NCBI GenBank assembly: GCA_046313635.1
Contig: JBKBYA010000001.1
Coordinates: 439,836 to 503,835 of the forward strand
Source: Pyrinomonadaceae bacterium
GTDB taxonomy: Bacteria; Acidobacteriota; Blastocatellia; Pyrinomonadales; Pyrinomonadaceae
DNA: 64,000 bases
Direction: 5' to 3'
The notes below the pieces were generated by a model. It had not been told where the DNA came from, did not search any database, and saw nothing but the letters and a program-made list of their open reading frames with translations. Shown piece after piece: positions 48,674-59,598 of this stretch. Both the position numbers and the translations under genes were made by a program. The first letter of the stretch is position 1; each line of letters opens with the position of its first letter.

Positions 48674-51330
48674 TCGTTCATAAATCGCCGCAGGTAGGGC
48701 GCCGTGCGGCTCTCTTGCGAACGCATGATGTCTTCCGGCGTGCCGGCCGCGACGACCTGGCCGCCCTCATCGCCCGCGCCGGGGCCGATGTCGATGACCC
48801 AGTCGCTGCCGGCGACGGTGCGCATGTCGTGCTCGACGAGGATGACGGTATTGCCGGCGGCGGCGAGGCCGTCGAGCTGGGCGTAGAGATCTTCGACGTC
48901 GGCCGGGTGCAGGCCGGTCGTCGGTTCGTCGAGAATGTACATCGTCGTGCCGGCTTGGGTCCGCTGCAGCTCGGTCGCGAGCTTGATCCTCTGGGCTTCG
49001 CCGCCGGAGAGCTCGGTCGCCGATTGGCCGAGCCGCAAATATCCGAGCCCGACCTGCCGCAGCACCTCGAGCGGGCGAAGCACGGCCGGCTCGTCCGCAA
49101 AAAATTCCCACGCCGCATCGACCGTCATCTCGAGCACCTCGGCGATGTTTCGGTCGCGGTACTTTATCTCGAGCGTCTTGGCGTTGTAGCGCGCGCCGCG
49201 GCAGACGGTGCAGGGCGCGTAAACGCTCGGCAAAAAGAGCAGCTCGACCATCACCCAGCCTTCGCCCTCGCAGTTTTCGCAGCGGCCCTTTGCGACATTG
49301 AACGAGAATCTGCCCGCGTCGTACCGACGCCGCCGGGCCTCGGGCGTCGCGGCGAATATCCGCCTCACGTGATCGAAGAGTCCGGTGTACGTCGCCAGAT
49401 TAGATCGCGGCGTGCGGCCGATCGGCTTTTGGTCGACGACGACGAGCCGTTTGACGCCGTCGAGCGTCGAGACGATGCGGCCGCCGAGAGTCTCGTCGCG
49501 TGGATCGCCATCGAGAGCATTCTCATCGTCCTCGGCGGCCGGCGCGAGCTTTTGGCCGAGCGCGTCCGAGACGAGCTCGACGAGCACCTGGCTGACGAGG
49601 CTCGACTTGCCCGAGCCCGAGACGCCGGTCACGGTCGTCATCACGCCGAGCGGGATATCGACCGCGAGATCGCGAAGGTTGTTGCGTGTCACGCCCTCGA
49701 GCCGCAGCCACGCCCGCGGAGCGCGTGCTTCACGAACGGGCGGCCGCGTCTCGCCAAACAAATGCGGCCGCGTGCGCGAATGCTCGACATTCGCCAATCC
49801 CTCCGGCGGGCCGCTGTAAACGATCTCGCCGCCGTGCTCGCCGGCCGCGGGCCCGACGTCGACGATCCAGTCGGCGTGGCGAATGACGTCGATCTCGTGC
49901 TCGACGACAAAGAGCGAATTACCCGACTGCCTGAGCCGGTCGAGCGCCGCGAGCAGTGCCTCGGTGTCGGCCGGATGCAGGCCCGCCGACGGCTCGTCGA
50001 GCACGTACACGACGCCGAATAGATTTGAATGCACCTGTGCCGCCAGCCGCAGACGCTGCAGCTCGCCGGGCGAGAGCGTCGGCGTGCTCCGCTCGAGCGT
50101 GAGATAGCCGAGGCCGAGATCGAGCAGCACGTCGAGACGCGCGGCGATCTCTTTGCAGATCCGCTCGGCGACGATCGCGCGTTCCGGATGCTCGCGGCGC
50201 ATCTCGTCAAAGCCCGGCGCCTCGCAGCGTGCAAAAGGACCGACGATCTCGGCAAGACGCGCGATCGGCGTGCGCGAGATCTCGGCGATGTCGAGCCCGG
50301 CAAACTTTACCGACAGAGAACGCGCATTCAAACGCTTGCCGCCGCACGCCGGGCATTCGGTGCTGAGCATGTATTGCGCCACGCGCCGCTTCATCAGCGC
50401 GCTCTGGCTGTTGGCAAAGGTGTGCAGTACGTACCGCCGCGCGCTGGTGAATGTGCCCATGTAGTCGGGCGGCTCGCGCCGCTTGATGGCGCGGCGGACC
50501 GCGTCGATCGTATAGCCCGCATAGACCGGCACCTGCGGCTGCTCGTCGGTAAAGAGTATCCAGTCGCGCACCTTGCGCGGCAGCTCGCGCCACGGCGTGT
50601 CGATGTCGTGGCCGAGAGTCGTCAGGATGTCGCGCAGATTTTGCCCCTGCCACGCCGAAGGCCAGGCGGCGACGGCGCGTTCGCGAATGGTGAGCGAGTC
50701 GTCCGGCACCATCGAACGCTCGGTCACCTCAAAGACTCGGCCCAGACCGTGACATTCGGGGCACGCGCCTTCGGCGGTGTTTGGCGAGAATGCCTCGGCG
50801 TAGATGATGTCTTGCCCAGGCGGATAGTCGCCGGCCCGCGAGTAGAGCATCCTGAGCAGATTTGAGACGGTCGTCACGCTGCCGACCGACGAACGCGCCG
50901 TCGGCGCTCCGCGCTGCTGCTGGAGCGCGATCGCCGGCGGCAGGCCGTCGATACGGTCGACCTCGGGCACGCCCATCTGGTTAAAGAGCCGCCGCGCGTA
51001 CGGCGAGACCGACTCGAGGTAGCGCCGCTGCGCCTCGGCGTACAAAGTGCCGAAGGCAAGCGAAGATTTGCCCGACCCCGAGACGCCCGTAAAGACGACC
51101 AGCGCGTCGCGCGGCACGTCGAGATCGACGCTCTTCAGATTGTGCTCACGCGCCCCGCGCACGCGGACAAAGCCGTCAAGCTTTGCCCCGGCCTCCGACC
51201 CGTCGAGCCGCCCGACGGACGGTCGCGGCTCGAGCCGAGCGTCTGCCGCGCCGCCATAATGCATCGCCGCCGCGCCTCGGGCCGCGGACAGAGGCGCGCT
51301 CGCCGATTTTCGAACACCCGCCGAACTCAT
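48655..51330 (-). CDS. uvrA: Excinuclease ABC subunit A-like protein (class II UvrA/DrrC-like)
   Basis: GAREHNLK, two [11 protein letters not shown]alker A motifs, LSPGE/LSGGE, DEP and zinc fingers; compact 890 aa; start uncertain. Confidence 0.9.
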   Translation of the reverse strand: MSSAGVRKSASAPLSAARGAAAMHYGGAADARLEPRPSVGRLDGSEAGAKLDGFVRVRGAREHNLKSVDLDVPRDALVVFTGVSGSGKSSLAFGTLYAEAQRRYLESVSPYARRLFNQMGVPEVDRIDGLPPAIALQQQRGAPTARSSVGSVTTVSNLLRMLYSRAGDYPPGQDIIYAEAFSPNTAEGACPECHGLGRVFEVTERSMVPDDSLTIRERAVAAWPSAWQGQNLRDILTTLGHDIDTPWRELPRKVRDWILFTDEQPQVPVYAGYTIDAVRRAIKRREPPDYMGTFTSARRYVLHTFANSQSALMKRRVAQYMLSTECPACGGKRLNARSLSVKFAGLDIAEISRTPIARLAEIVGPFARCEAPGFDEMRREHPERAIVAERICKEIAARLDVLLDLGLGYLTLERSTPTLSPGELQRLRLAAQVHSNLFGVVYVLDEPSAGLHPADTEALLAALDRLRQSGNSLFVVEHEIDVIRHADWIVDVGPAAGEHGGEIVYSGPPEGLANVEHSRTRPHLFGETRPPVREARAPRAWLRLEGVTRNNLRDLAVDIPLGVMTTVTGVSGSGKSSLVSQVLVELVSDALGQKLAPAAEDDENALDGDPRDETLGGRIVSTLDGVKRLVVVDQKPIGRTPRSNLATYTGLFDHVRRIFAATPEARRRRYDAGRFSFNVAKGRCENCEGEGWVMVELLFLPSVYAPCTVCRGARYNAKTLEIKYRDRNIAEVLEMTVDAAWEFFADEPAVLRPLEVLRQVGLGYLRLGQSATELSGGEAQRIKLATELQRTQAGTTMYILDEPTTGLHPADVEDLYAQLDGLAAAGNTVILVEHDMRTVAGSDWVIDIGPGAGDEGGQVVAAGTPEDIMRSQESRTAPYLRRFMNESKPPA

Positions 51331-51342
51331 GACGCGACCCGA

Positions 51343-51358
51343 AGCAATCACGATGCCG
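51343..51358 (-). promoter_or_regulatory. Sigma-54 -24/-12 promoter of the uvrA-like gene
   Basis: Minus strand CGGCAT-CGTGA-TTGCT, GG-N10-GC. Confidence 0.65.
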
Positions 51359-51434
51359 CCCGCCGCGAGACCACCTCACGCCCGGAGCTCCGCCCCGCGA
51401 TCCGCCACCGCAGACCGGCCTCACACCAAACCCG

Positions 51435-51464
51435 TTGACACGCCTCGCCGCCGGTCAATAGACT
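51435..51464 (+). promoter_or_regulatory. Sigma-70 promoter of the polysaccharide locus
   Basis: TTGACA-N18-TAGACT, 8 nt before GTG 51473. Confidence 0.65.
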
Positions 51465-51472
51465 CTAACTCT

Positions 51473-53128
51473 GTGAACCCGGCAATTCCCGAGACACCGC
51501 CGACGGCCGTCCCTGCCGATGACGAGACTGCGCCCGCAGCCGTCACGACCTCGGCCGCGCCGTCCACCGCCGGGATGACGACCAAGGTCGTCAAAGGCTC
51601 GCTCTGGACCCTCGCCGGCCAGGTCGCGCCGCTCGCCGTCTCGCTCGTCACGACGCCCTTTGTCATCCGAATGCTCGGCGCCGAGAGCTACGGCGTCCTC
51701 ATCCTCGTCGGCCTGATACCGACCTATCTCGGCTTTGCGGATTTTGGGATGAGCCTCGCCTCGACCAAGTTTGCGTCCGAGGCATACGCCGAGGGCGACT
51801 TTGAAAAAGAGGCCCGCATCGTGCGCACCGCCGCGCTGATCGCCCTGTGCAGCTCCGTGCCGATCGCGGCCGTCCTCTTTGCATTCAGCCCGGCGATCAT
51901 CTCGCTCTTTAACGTCCCCGAGCACCTGCACGCCGAGGCCTCGCTCGCACTAAAATTCGCAGCCGTCACATTCGTCATCAACTTTCTCAACGGCATCTTT
52001 AACACGCCGCAGCTCACCCGCCTGCGAATGGACCTCAACACACTGGTCACCGCCGGCTTCCGCATCGCAGGCCTGATCGCGACGCCGTTTGCGGTCTATT
52101 TCGGAGGAATAGTTGGCGGTGTTGCGGTGCTAATGATTGCGAGCATCCTCTCCTTGGTCGGACACCTGACCGTATCGGGACGATTAACGCGAGAACTTTT
52201 TGCTTTGACCTTTGCATGGCCCTGGGCGGGACGGTTACTGAAATTCGGAGGGGGCATGCTCTTGGCCATAATCGCAGCGGCACTGCAGGGAAATATCGAC
52301 AAGCTGGTGATCGCGCGGCTGATGGAGCCGTCGATGTTGGCGTATTACTCCGTCGCGTTCACTTTCGCATTGACGCTTACCCTTTTTTCACAAGCCATAA
52401 CGCAGTCGCTCATTCCGGCTTTTTCGCAATTATTGTCGCCCGACCGCCGGGAGCAGCTAAGGGTTCTTTTTCTTCGTGCTCTGAGATTCAGCTCGATCCT
52501 TATCGTGCCCGTGATCGCACTGTTGACGATCTCGGCCAAGCCGTTTTTGACGATCTGGGCCGGTAAAGATTTCGGCGAATATAGTACACGCCCGCTCCTG
52601 ATCTTGTCGGTCGGATTATATTTTCAGGCGATTTCGTATATTTTCTCCGGTTTGCTCGTAGCCGACGGCAGGACCGATCTGATCGCAAAGCTCTTTTGGG
52701 CACAGCTTGTTCCGTTCGCCGCGGCTATCGCCTTTTTCACGTCGGCGTTCGGTATTGTTGGAGCGGCCGCATCGTGGACGTTGTGCACGATGGTTCACGA
52801 TTTAGCGATGTTCGTTCTCGTCCGCCGTAAATTTGGCTTCAGTCTTGGAGGATGGTTTCGGGTCGTCAAGTTTGCGGGACCGATCGCCGTTATGTTGGCT
52901 CTGCCGCTTGTCGCTGCGGCTGCACTCGAGCCCGGCCTGCCATGGGTCGTTTTGTGGGGAGCCGGTTTCGTCGCCGTTTATTCGCTCGCTACTTGGAGAC
53001 TGATGATCTCGACCGAAGAGCGCTCGCAGTTTATCGCGCTATTTGGCAGCACGTTGATCGGCCGTCTTGCTCGGAAAGGCTCCCGAAGTTTTAGAGCGTG
53101 GGCCCGTTTCGGAGGAGCTCGCTCGTAA
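51473..53128 (+). CDS. Polysaccharide flippase (Wzx-like)
   Basis: TPFVIRMLGAESYG, DFG, DKLVIAR..YYSVAF and P.FS motifs; many TM segments; alternative ATG 51575. Confidence 0.88.
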   Translation: MNPAIPETPPTAVPADDETAPAAVTTSAAPSTAGMTTKVVKGSLWTLAGQVAPLAVSLVTTPFVIRMLGAESYGVLILVGLIPTYLGFADFGMSLASTKFASEAYAEGDFEKEARIVRTAALIALCSSVPIAAVLFAFSPAIISLFNVPEHLHAEASLALKFAAVTFVINFLNGIFNTPQLTRLRMDLNTLVTAGFRIAGLIATPFAVYFGGIVGGVAVLMIASILSLVGHLTVSGRLTRELFALTFAWPWAGRLLKFGGGMLLAIIAAALQGNIDKLVIARLMEPSMLAYYSVAFTFALTLTLFSQAITQSLIPAFSQLLSPDRREQLRVLFLRALRFSSILIVPVIALLTISAKPFLTIWAGKDFGEYSTRPLLILSVGLYFQAISYIFSGLLVADGRTDLIAKLFWAQLVPFAAAIAFFTSAFGIVGAAASWTLCTMVHDLAMFVLVRRKFGFSLGGWFRVVKFAGPIAVMLALPLVAAAALEPGLPWVVLWGAGFVAVYSLATWRLMISTEERSQFIALFGSTLIGRLARKGSRSFRAWARFGGARS

Positions 53129-54105
53129 TGAACGCTGTTTCGATCAATTCTGATTGGCTCGCTAACCGGCCTGCGGACCGGCTGACAATTGTGACCGTTC
53201 GAAATTGTGTAGTAACGCGCTCAAGCCTAGTCCTCACTTGGCGAGGTGTTGAGAGAGCGTCTCTCTTCGACAATATTCCGGCAGTGCTCTTCCGGGGGAT
53301 GCAACGTGTCGGTGTCGGCTCGCTTCTTCGAAACCGGCTCTCAGTCCTGCGAAGCGAGCGACCGCTTTATCACATCTTCAATATCTGGGGCACCGGCTAT
53401 CACCACTGGCTGACTGAGGTTGCGCCGAAACTCTTCCTTTTCGAACAGCAGATCCGACAGGGAACTTTCATTTTGCCCGAGCGAACACCTGAATTTATCT
53501 TTGAGTTTCTTTCGGAGTTCGGGTTTGACAATTACGTTCACCGAAAAGGCAACGCATTTGTTCGAGAGCTTCAGGTTATTACTAACCCAAACTCGGGACA
53601 CTATTCGGCGGGGCATCTTGCTCCGCTTCTGAAAGCAGTGCTTGAGAAATATGGACAATGCGTGCCTGCAAGAAGGCGCATTTATGTCAGTAGGCGCAAT
53701 TCGCGGGGCCGTAAGGTGGTCAATGACGCCGAGGTCAGCGAGTTTCTCGCGAGCCGCGGGTTTGAGATCTTAGAGCTCGAAAACGTTCGCTTTCGAGATC
53801 AGGTGCGCATCTTTTCAAGTTGCGAGTTGCTGATCTCTATCCATGGAGCCGCGCTCACAAACCTGATGTTCATGCCCGCCGGCGGTCGCGTGGTTGAATT
53901 CTATCCAAGCGGCTTTTCGGAGGGCGACTACTTCAACGCATGTTACAAGCGCCTTAGCTCGGTCGCAGGTATCGAGCACGAGTATCTATTTTGCCGCCGC
54001 GAAAAAGAAGCCAGCGCTTTCGATCTGCACAATGACAACATCGTGGTGGACGTCGGCCAACTGGAGATGGCCGCGACAGCTGCGCAAAAGGGAGTGAAAA
54101 GTTGA
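53128..54105 (+). CDS. Glycosyltransferase family 61 (DUF563) protein
   Basis: YHHWL.E, IYVSR...RKVVN, DQV..F and HGAALTNLMF motifs; TAATG overlap with the flippase. Confidence 0.85.
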   Translation: MNAVSINSDWLANRPADRLTIVTVRNCVVTRSSLVLTWRGVERASLFDNIPAVLFRGMQRVGVGSLLRNRLSVLRSERPLYHIFNIWGTGYHHWLTEVAPKLFLFEQQIRQGTFILPERTPEFIFEFLSEFGFDNYVHRKGNAFVRELQVITNPNSGHYSAGHLAPLLKAVLEKYGQCVPARRRIYVSRRNSRGRKVVNDAEVSEFLASRGFEILELENVRFRDQVRIFSSCELLISIHGAALTNLMFMPAGGRVVEFYPSGFSEGDYFNACYKRLSSVAGIEHEYLFCRREKEASAFDLHNDNIVVDVGQLEMAATAAQKGVKS

Positions 54106-54920
54106 AGACGTATATCATCAATCTGGAGCGGTCTAAGGAGAGGCGAAAGCATATCACCTCCGAGGTCGAGCGTCTCGGTTTGGATTACGAAATTATTACC
54201 GCGATCGACGGCAATGATTTCACCGACGAAGACCTCGCGAAGGTGGCCGATATGTCGGTTATCGAGCCGAATAAGCATTGGTTCGGAAAGAACCTGGTCG
54301 CGGGCTCCCTCTCCCATCGGAAAGTTTATGAGACCATGATCCGCCAGGGGGATGAGATCGCTCTTGTTTTGGAAGACGACGCGCGGCTTGATCCCTCACT
54401 CAAAGAAGTCCTCAATGCAGTCGCGCCGCTCGTTGGCGATTACGAGTTAACAATGCTCTATTGGGAGTGCCTCAAAGATCTTAATCTGTCTACCCTCGGC
54501 GCCGTGGAAGTGACACATAACAGAAAGCTCTATTATCCGATGTCGGAAGAAGGCGTTTGTTCCGGTGCCGCGTATATTGTCAGGCGCTCACTTGCGAAGC
54601 GGTTGTACCAAGCAAACTTTCCCGTGCGGATTCCCCCTGACGGTTGGGCGGATTTTTACCGAGAGGGAGCGATCTCGAGAATTCGCATGATCTACCCGGC
54701 TGCCGCCGGCGTGATAGGTGCGAAGAGCAACATCACAGTCGGCAGCAGAACCAGATTTACCGGCTGGCTATCGTCCGTAGCCGACGAGTTGGACATTCCT
54801 CTTCTCAATAGCTTTTTCAGAAAGAGACGTCTCAAAGCAGTTGAAAAGCGTCTTGAGGTTGGTTTTACTGACCATCCTTCGCCGCTTTACGTGATGGACG
54901 ACCAGGCTATCACCCGTTAA
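54102..54920 (+). CDS. Glycosyltransferase family 25
   Basis: YIINLERSKERR, AIDG, SLSH and LEDD motifs. Confidence 0.88.
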   Translation: MKTYIINLERSKERRKHITSEVERLGLDYEIITAIDGNDFTDEDLAKVADMSVIEPNKHWFGKNLVAGSLSHRKVYETMIRQGDEIALVLEDDARLDPSLKEVLNAVAPLVGDYELTMLYWECLKDLNLSTLGAVEVTHNRKLYYPMSEEGVCSGAAYIVRRSLAKRLYQANFPVRIPPDGWADFYREGAISRIRMIYPAAAGVIGAKSNITVGSRTRFTGWLSSVADELDIPLLNSFFRKRRLKAVEKRLEVGFTDHPSPLYVMDDQAITR

Positions 54921-54930
54921 AGAAACACCA

Positions 54931-55665
54931 ATGCTAATCGAAACCTTTAGGTCGGTTCGAAAGTGGACCGCGTTCAAGTTAATTTCATCAGGGCGGATTA
55001 TTCCTAATACTTTAGTTGAGAGATATATGGAGCTTACCTATCTTCGGCAGCTCCTCACAGCTCTCAATATTACTTGTGTCATCGACGTCGGAGCTAATCG
55101 CGGCCAATTTGCGCTCGACCTTCGATCGATCGGTTTTTCCGGAAAGATTGTCTCGTTTGAGCCGGTTGCGTCAGTATATGAGGAACTAACCGCGGTAATG
55201 GGCAGAGACGCGAATTGGCAAGGATTCAATTTCGCACTTGGTAGCGAAAATGGAACAATGCAAATCAATGTTGGAAAGAATTCGCAACTGTCTTCACTGA
55301 ATGATTTCCGAGAGGCTGAGCACATGGAGAGGGTCGAAACAATCGAGATAAGGCGACTCGACTCGATGTGGGACTCAATATTCAATGACCATAGTGAAGA
55401 CCGTTTCTTTCTGAAAATGGATACTCAAGGTTTTGATCACGAGGTATTCGCAGGAGCGGAAGGTTGCATCGATCGGTTTCAGGGATTGATGTCCGAAGTG
55501 ACACTCATCCCGCTTTACAAAAGCACGCCTCGATATCTCGAGTCGCTCGCTATGTTCGAGAAGGCTGGTTTCAGTGTTTGTAGCCTGACCCCAGTCTTCC
55601 GCAAGCCCTCCCTAGAGGTTGTTGAATTTAACTGCATGATGAGACGAACGAGGACGACTGCTTGA
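54931..55665 (+). CDS. FkbM family methyltransferase
   Basis: IDVGANRGQF, SFEP and LKMDTQG motifs. Confidence 0.9.
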   Translation: MLIETFRSVRKWTAFKLISSGRIIPNTLVERYMELTYLRQLLTALNITCVIDVGANRGQFALDLRSIGFSGKIVSFEPVASVYEELTAVMGRDANWQGFNFALGSENGTMQINVGKNSQLSSLNDFREAEHMERVETIEIRRLDSMWDSIFNDHSEDRFFLKMDTQGFDHEVFAGAEGCIDRFQGLMSEVTLIPLYKSTPRYLESLAMFEKAGFSVCSLTPVFRKPSLEVVEFNCMMRRTRTTA

Positions 55666-55711
55666 CGATCAGCATAAGACTGCGTGTCGATACGCTGGTG
55701 TATTGTAAGAG

Positions 55712-56494
55712 ATGGGAGTTGCTGAGCGATTTCAGGGAGCTAATGTCGTTGACGCCGGAACGCTTTCCCCATATTGGGGTGAGCACGCAGCCCGGTATCG
55801 GTTCGCATTGCCGTTTATTGAGAGCAAGACGGTTCTCGATATCGCGTGCGGAACCGGTTACGGGATCGCTGTACTAAACGAAAGGGCCGCATATACGGTC
55901 GGCGTGGATGTAGACATCGATGCCGCAATAGCCGCGACCTCCGAGTGCCGGGGCAAAGCGGCAGTGCTGCTGGGTGACGGGATGCGCCTGCCGTTCGCCG
56001 ATGAAACGTTTGATGCGGTCACCTCGTTCGAGACTCTTGAGCACTTACGCGATCGAGCGGGCTTCCTCGCCGAGATGCGGCGAGTCCTAAAGCCTCATGG
56101 AAAACTTGTGCTATCGACGCCGAACGCAAATTACACGAAGCCGGTCGACGGCAGGCCGGCGAATCCATTTCACGTCTTTGAGTATCGCCCAAGCGAACTG
56201 CTTGTGGAGCTTTCGGCCTGCTTCGAGATAGAGCAGTTCCTGGGACAAACGTTGGACGACACGATACAAATACCGCCGTTTTATGATGCCCAGCAACAAC
56301 TTCCAAGGAATTTCGGGACGCAGGCAAAACTATTCGCTTGGAAAGTTATGAACAAGCTGCCGCTGACGCTTCGTGAAGGCCTCAGCAACATGGTATGGAA
56401 AAAGCCCTTCTACCCGACGGAGGATGATTACAAGTTCACGGAACAGTGTGTAGAGACGGCGCCGGTGCTGGTTGCCGTCTGCCGTGCGAAATGA
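55712..56494 (+). CDS. Class I SAM-dependent methyltransferase
   Basis: EH.ARY, VLDIACGTGYG, FETLEH and STPN motifs. Confidence 0.88.
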   Translation: MGVAERFQGANVVDAGTLSPYWGEHAARYRFALPFIESKTVLDIACGTGYGIAVLNERAAYTVGVDVDIDAAIAATSECRGKAAVLLGDGMRLPFADETFDAVTSFETLEHLRDRAGFLAEMRRVLKPHGKLVLSTPNANYTKPVDGRPANPFHVFEYRPSELLVELSACFEIEQFLGQTLDDTIQIPPFYDAQQQLPRNFGTQAKLFAWKVMNKLPLTLREGLSNMVWKKPFYPTEDDYKFTEQCVETAPVLVAVCRAK

Positions 56495-57366
56495 TGCCAA
56501 AGGTCAGTGCAATAATCCCTAACTACAACTACTCCCGATTCATAGCGGAGGCCGTCAGCAGCGCGCTCAGCCAGACCCACGAGGACATCGAAGTGATCGT
56601 GGTAGACGACGGGTCGACCGACGATTCGCTTAAGGTACTCGAGCAGTTCGGCGACCGGATCAAAGTGATCGTGAACAAGAATTCCGGTGTTTCGACGGCA
56701 CGCAACACAGGCGTCGCGGCCAGCACAGGCGAATACGTCGCCTTTCTGGATGCCGACGACGTATGGCTGCCGAAAAAGATCGAAAAGCAGTTGGCGAAAT
56801 TCCAAGAGGACCGCGAAATCGGGTTAGTAACCTGCGCTATGCGTTACGTGCGACCGGACGGCACGGTCTATGGTTTGAGCGACGACGGAATGGAGGGCTG
56901 GGTCTCCGAGGAGCTGTTGCGGCTGGCGCGGGGCGTCGTCGTGGGAGCCGGAAGCACGGCGTTAATGAGAAAAGACTTGTTTGAAACGATCGGTGGGTTT
57001 GACCCACGACTTACTACGTCCGCCGATTGGGAACTCAGTTACCGGGCGGCGCGGCTAAAAAAAGTCGGATTTGTGCGCGAGCCGCTAGCTCTGTACCGGA
57101 TACACGGCTCGAATATGCACGGCAATATTGCCGCGATGGAGCATGACGTGGCGATCGGCTACGAAAAGGCCTTCACAAACTCGGCAAACGGACCGCAAGG
57201 TATTCGTCGCGAATGTTACGGCAACTTCTACCTTATGCTGGCTGGTTCATATTTTAGATCGGGAAATTATCCGCGTTTCCTCAAAAGCGCATTAAAGAGC
57301 CTTTGGTATAAGCCAGGACATGTCACTCGGTACCTGCGACTTCGGCGACGATCGGCAGAGCATTAG
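56491..57366 (+). CDS. Glycosyltransferase family 2
   Basis: IIPNYN, VVDDGSTD, ARN.G and FLDADD motifs. Confidence 0.9.
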   Translation: MMPKVSAIIPNYNYSRFIAEAVSSALSQTHEDIEVIVVDDGSTDDSLKVLEQFGDRIKVIVNKNSGVSTARNTGVAASTGEYVAFLDADDVWLPKKIEKQLAKFQEDREIGLVTCAMRYVRPDGTVYGLSDDGMEGWVSEELLRLARGVVVGAGSTALMRKDLFETIGGFDPRLTTSADWELSYRAARLKKVGFVREPLALYRIHGSNMHGNIAAMEHDVAIGYEKAFTNSANGPQGIRRECYGNFYLMLAGSYFRSGNYPRFLKSALKSLWYKPGHVTRYLRLRRRSAEH

Positions 57367-57370
57367 GGAG

Positions 57371-58342
57371 ATGAAACGAAAGCTACTAGAGATCCTCGCA
57401 TGTCCAAAATGCAAAGGTGAGCTGACCAATTCTGTCGAGGGTGACGAGATCATCGAGGGCGAGCTGCGATGCGCTGGGTGCGACGCGTCGTATGCGGTGA
57501 CGAACGGCATTCCGCGCTTTGTGCCGGCCGACAATTACGCGGCGTCCTTCGGCTACCAGTGGAACCGCTTCCGCCGCGAGCAGATCGACTCGTACAACGG
57601 CACGACGCTCTCGGCCGATCGGCTCTGGAACGAGACGGGCTGGAAGCCCGCCGATCTCGCGGGTAAGTGGGTGTTGGATGCGGGCTGCGGGGCAGGCCGG
57701 TTTCTCGATGCGGCCTCGGTCTCGGAGGGCGAGATCGTCGGCGTCGATATCAGCAGTGCGATCGACGCTGCACAAGATAATCTCGCTGGACGTGAGAACG
57801 TCCATTTTGTGCAGGCCAGCATTTACGAGCTGCCGTTTCGCGAGGGCACGTTTGACTGCTGTTACTGCATAGGAGTGATCCAGCACACGCCGGACACCGG
57901 AGCCTCGCTTCGCTCGATCGCTGATGTGGTCAAGCCGGGCGGCTCGCTCGCCGTTACGATCTATCCGCGCAAGCCGTGGACAAAGCTCTTTTCGAAATAC
58001 TGGTTTCGGCCTGTCACCAAACGCCTGAAAAAAGAAACCCTGCTGCGCGTCATCGAGACCGTGATGCCGGTCGCCTTCCCGGTGACCGACGTGCTCTTTC
58101 GGCTGCCGGTGGTCGGCCGCGCGTTCATGTTCGCGATCCCGGTGGCAAATTATGTTCACGAGAGGCAGCTCACACGCGAGCAGCGATACGCTTGGGCCGT
58201 GCTCGATACCTTCGACATGCTGTCGCCTTACTACGACCAGCCGATGACGGAGAGCGAAGCCGCGGCGGCTCTTGCCGCTGGAGGCGTCAAAGCAAGGCGG
58301 ACCGGCCAGAACGGACTAAATCTGGTCGGGGAGAAGCGATAA
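57371..58342 (+). CDS. Trm112-like zinc ribbon fused to a SAM-dependent methyltransferase
   Basis: LEILACPKC...C..C...GIPRF; SFGYQW, LDAGCGAGR and GVIQHT motifs. Confidence 0.85.
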   Translation: MKRKLLEILACPKCKGELTNSVEGDEIIEGELRCAGCDASYAVTNGIPRFVPADNYAASFGYQWNRFRREQIDSYNGTTLSADRLWNETGWKPADLAGKWVLDAGCGAGRFLDAASVSEGEIVGVDISSAIDAAQDNLAGRENVHFVQASIYELPFREGTFDCCYCIGVIQHTPDTGASLRSIADVVKPGGSLAVTIYPRKPWTKLFSKYWFRPVTKRLKKETLLRVIETVMPVAFPVTDVLFRLPVVGRAFMFAIPVANYVHERQLTREQRYAWAVLDTFDMLSPYYDQPMTESEAAAALAAGGVKARRTGQNGLNLVGEKR

Positions 58343-58346
58343 AGAC

Positions 58347-59585
58347 GTGGCGAGATCGCTTTACATCTGTTACTTCGGGGTGCGCGAGCCGCTGGTGCAG
58401 ACGCAGGTCATCCCGTACCTGCGCGAGCTGGTGAAGGGCGGGCATGAGATCTTGCTTCTCACCTTCGAGCCGGGGGATGGAGCTGCGGAGCTGCAGAGTG
58501 CCGGAGCTGCAGAGTTAAGAGAAGAGTTAAAGGCGCAGGGCATTGAGTGGCATTGGCTGCGGTATCACAAGCGGCCGTCGGCGATCGCGACGGCGTACGA
58601 CATATTTCGCGGGGCGATCTTTGTCCGGCGGATGATCGGCAGGCGGCAGCTCGACATCCTGCACGGGCGCGTTCACGTGCCGACGCTGATGGCTGCGATC
58701 GCACGAAAATTCTCTCGCCGCCGGCCGAAGCTGCTTTTTGACATCCGAGGCTTCTTTCCCGAGGAGTACACCGACGCCGGCATATGGCCCGAGAACGGCT
58801 GGCTCTACCGCTCGGCAAAGCGTGTCGAGCGCTGGCTGATGCGCGAGTCGGACGGCTTTGTCGTCCTTACCGAGAAGGCCCGCGAGATACTCTTTCCCGA
58901 ATCGAAAGAGACCGGCTTTGACAGGCACGGCCGCCCCGTCGAGGTCATACCGTGCTGCGTCGACCTCAAGAGCCGATTCGGGAATGTTGATCCCGGCGTG
59001 CGCGAAGAGATGCGTCGCTCGATCGGTGCCGACGGACGATACGTGATCACGCACGTCGGAGCTCTCGGCGGACTGTACCTGCAGAACGAGATCGCCGATT
59101 TCCTTGCCGCCGCGCGTGACAACGACCCGTCGGTCTTCGCGCTGTTCTTAACGCAGTCCCGACCCGAGTCGATCGAGCCTTTGCTCCGGGAGCGCGGTTT
59201 CGGCGAATCGGATTTCGTCGTTAAGAAGGTCGCTGCCGCCGACGTGCCGAAATATCTGGAGGCCTCGGACTTGGGACTTTCTTTCGTCAAGGCTTCATAC
59301 GCTACCCAATCCCGGTCGCCGACCAAGATACCGGAGTACCTCGCATGCGGGCTGCCGATAGTCGCTAACGCCGGCGTCGGCGACGTCGATCAACTTGTCG
59401 CCGGAAATAATGCCGGAGCACTGGTCGATGAGTTCCTGCCTGAGGGCTATCGTGACGCGATCAGAAAGGTCCAGGCCGAAGTGCCGGGTCCCGAGTCGCT
59501 GCGCGCGCTTGCAGCTCGCGAATTCGACCTTGAGACCGTCGGCGGGGAGCGATATCGACGCCTTTACAAACGCCTGGCCTCGTGA
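58347..59585 (+). CDS. Glycosyltransferase family 4
   Basis: FDIRG, VIPCCVD and SPTKIPEYLACGLP motifs. Confidence 0.88.
   Translation: MARSLYICYFGVREPLVQTQVIPYLRELVKGGHEILLLTFEPGDGAAELQSAGAAELREELKAQGIEWHWLRYHKRPSAIATAYDIFRGAIFVRRMIGRRQLDILHGRVHVPTLMAAIARKFSRRRPKLLFDIRGFFPEEYTDAGIWPENGWLYRSAKRVERWLMRESDGFVVLTEKAREILFPESKETGFDRHGRPVEVIPCCVDLKSRFGNVDPGVREEMRRSIGADGRYVITHVGALGGLYLQNEIADFLAAARDNDPSVFALFLTQSRPESIEPLLRERGFGESDFVVKKVAAADVPKYLEASDLGLSFVKASYATQSRSPTKIPEYLACGLPIVANAGVGDVDQLVAGNNAGALVDEFLPEGYRDAIRKVQAEVPGPESLRALAAREFDLETVGGERYRRLYKRLAS
58479..58518 (+). repeat. Octamer array (RGAGCTGC) inside the GT4 CDS
   Basis: GGAGCTGC GGAGCTGC AGAGTGCC GGAGCTGC AGAGTTAA; encodes GAAELQSAGAAEL. Confidence 0.6.
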
Positions 59586-59598
59586 ATATCGACCAATA

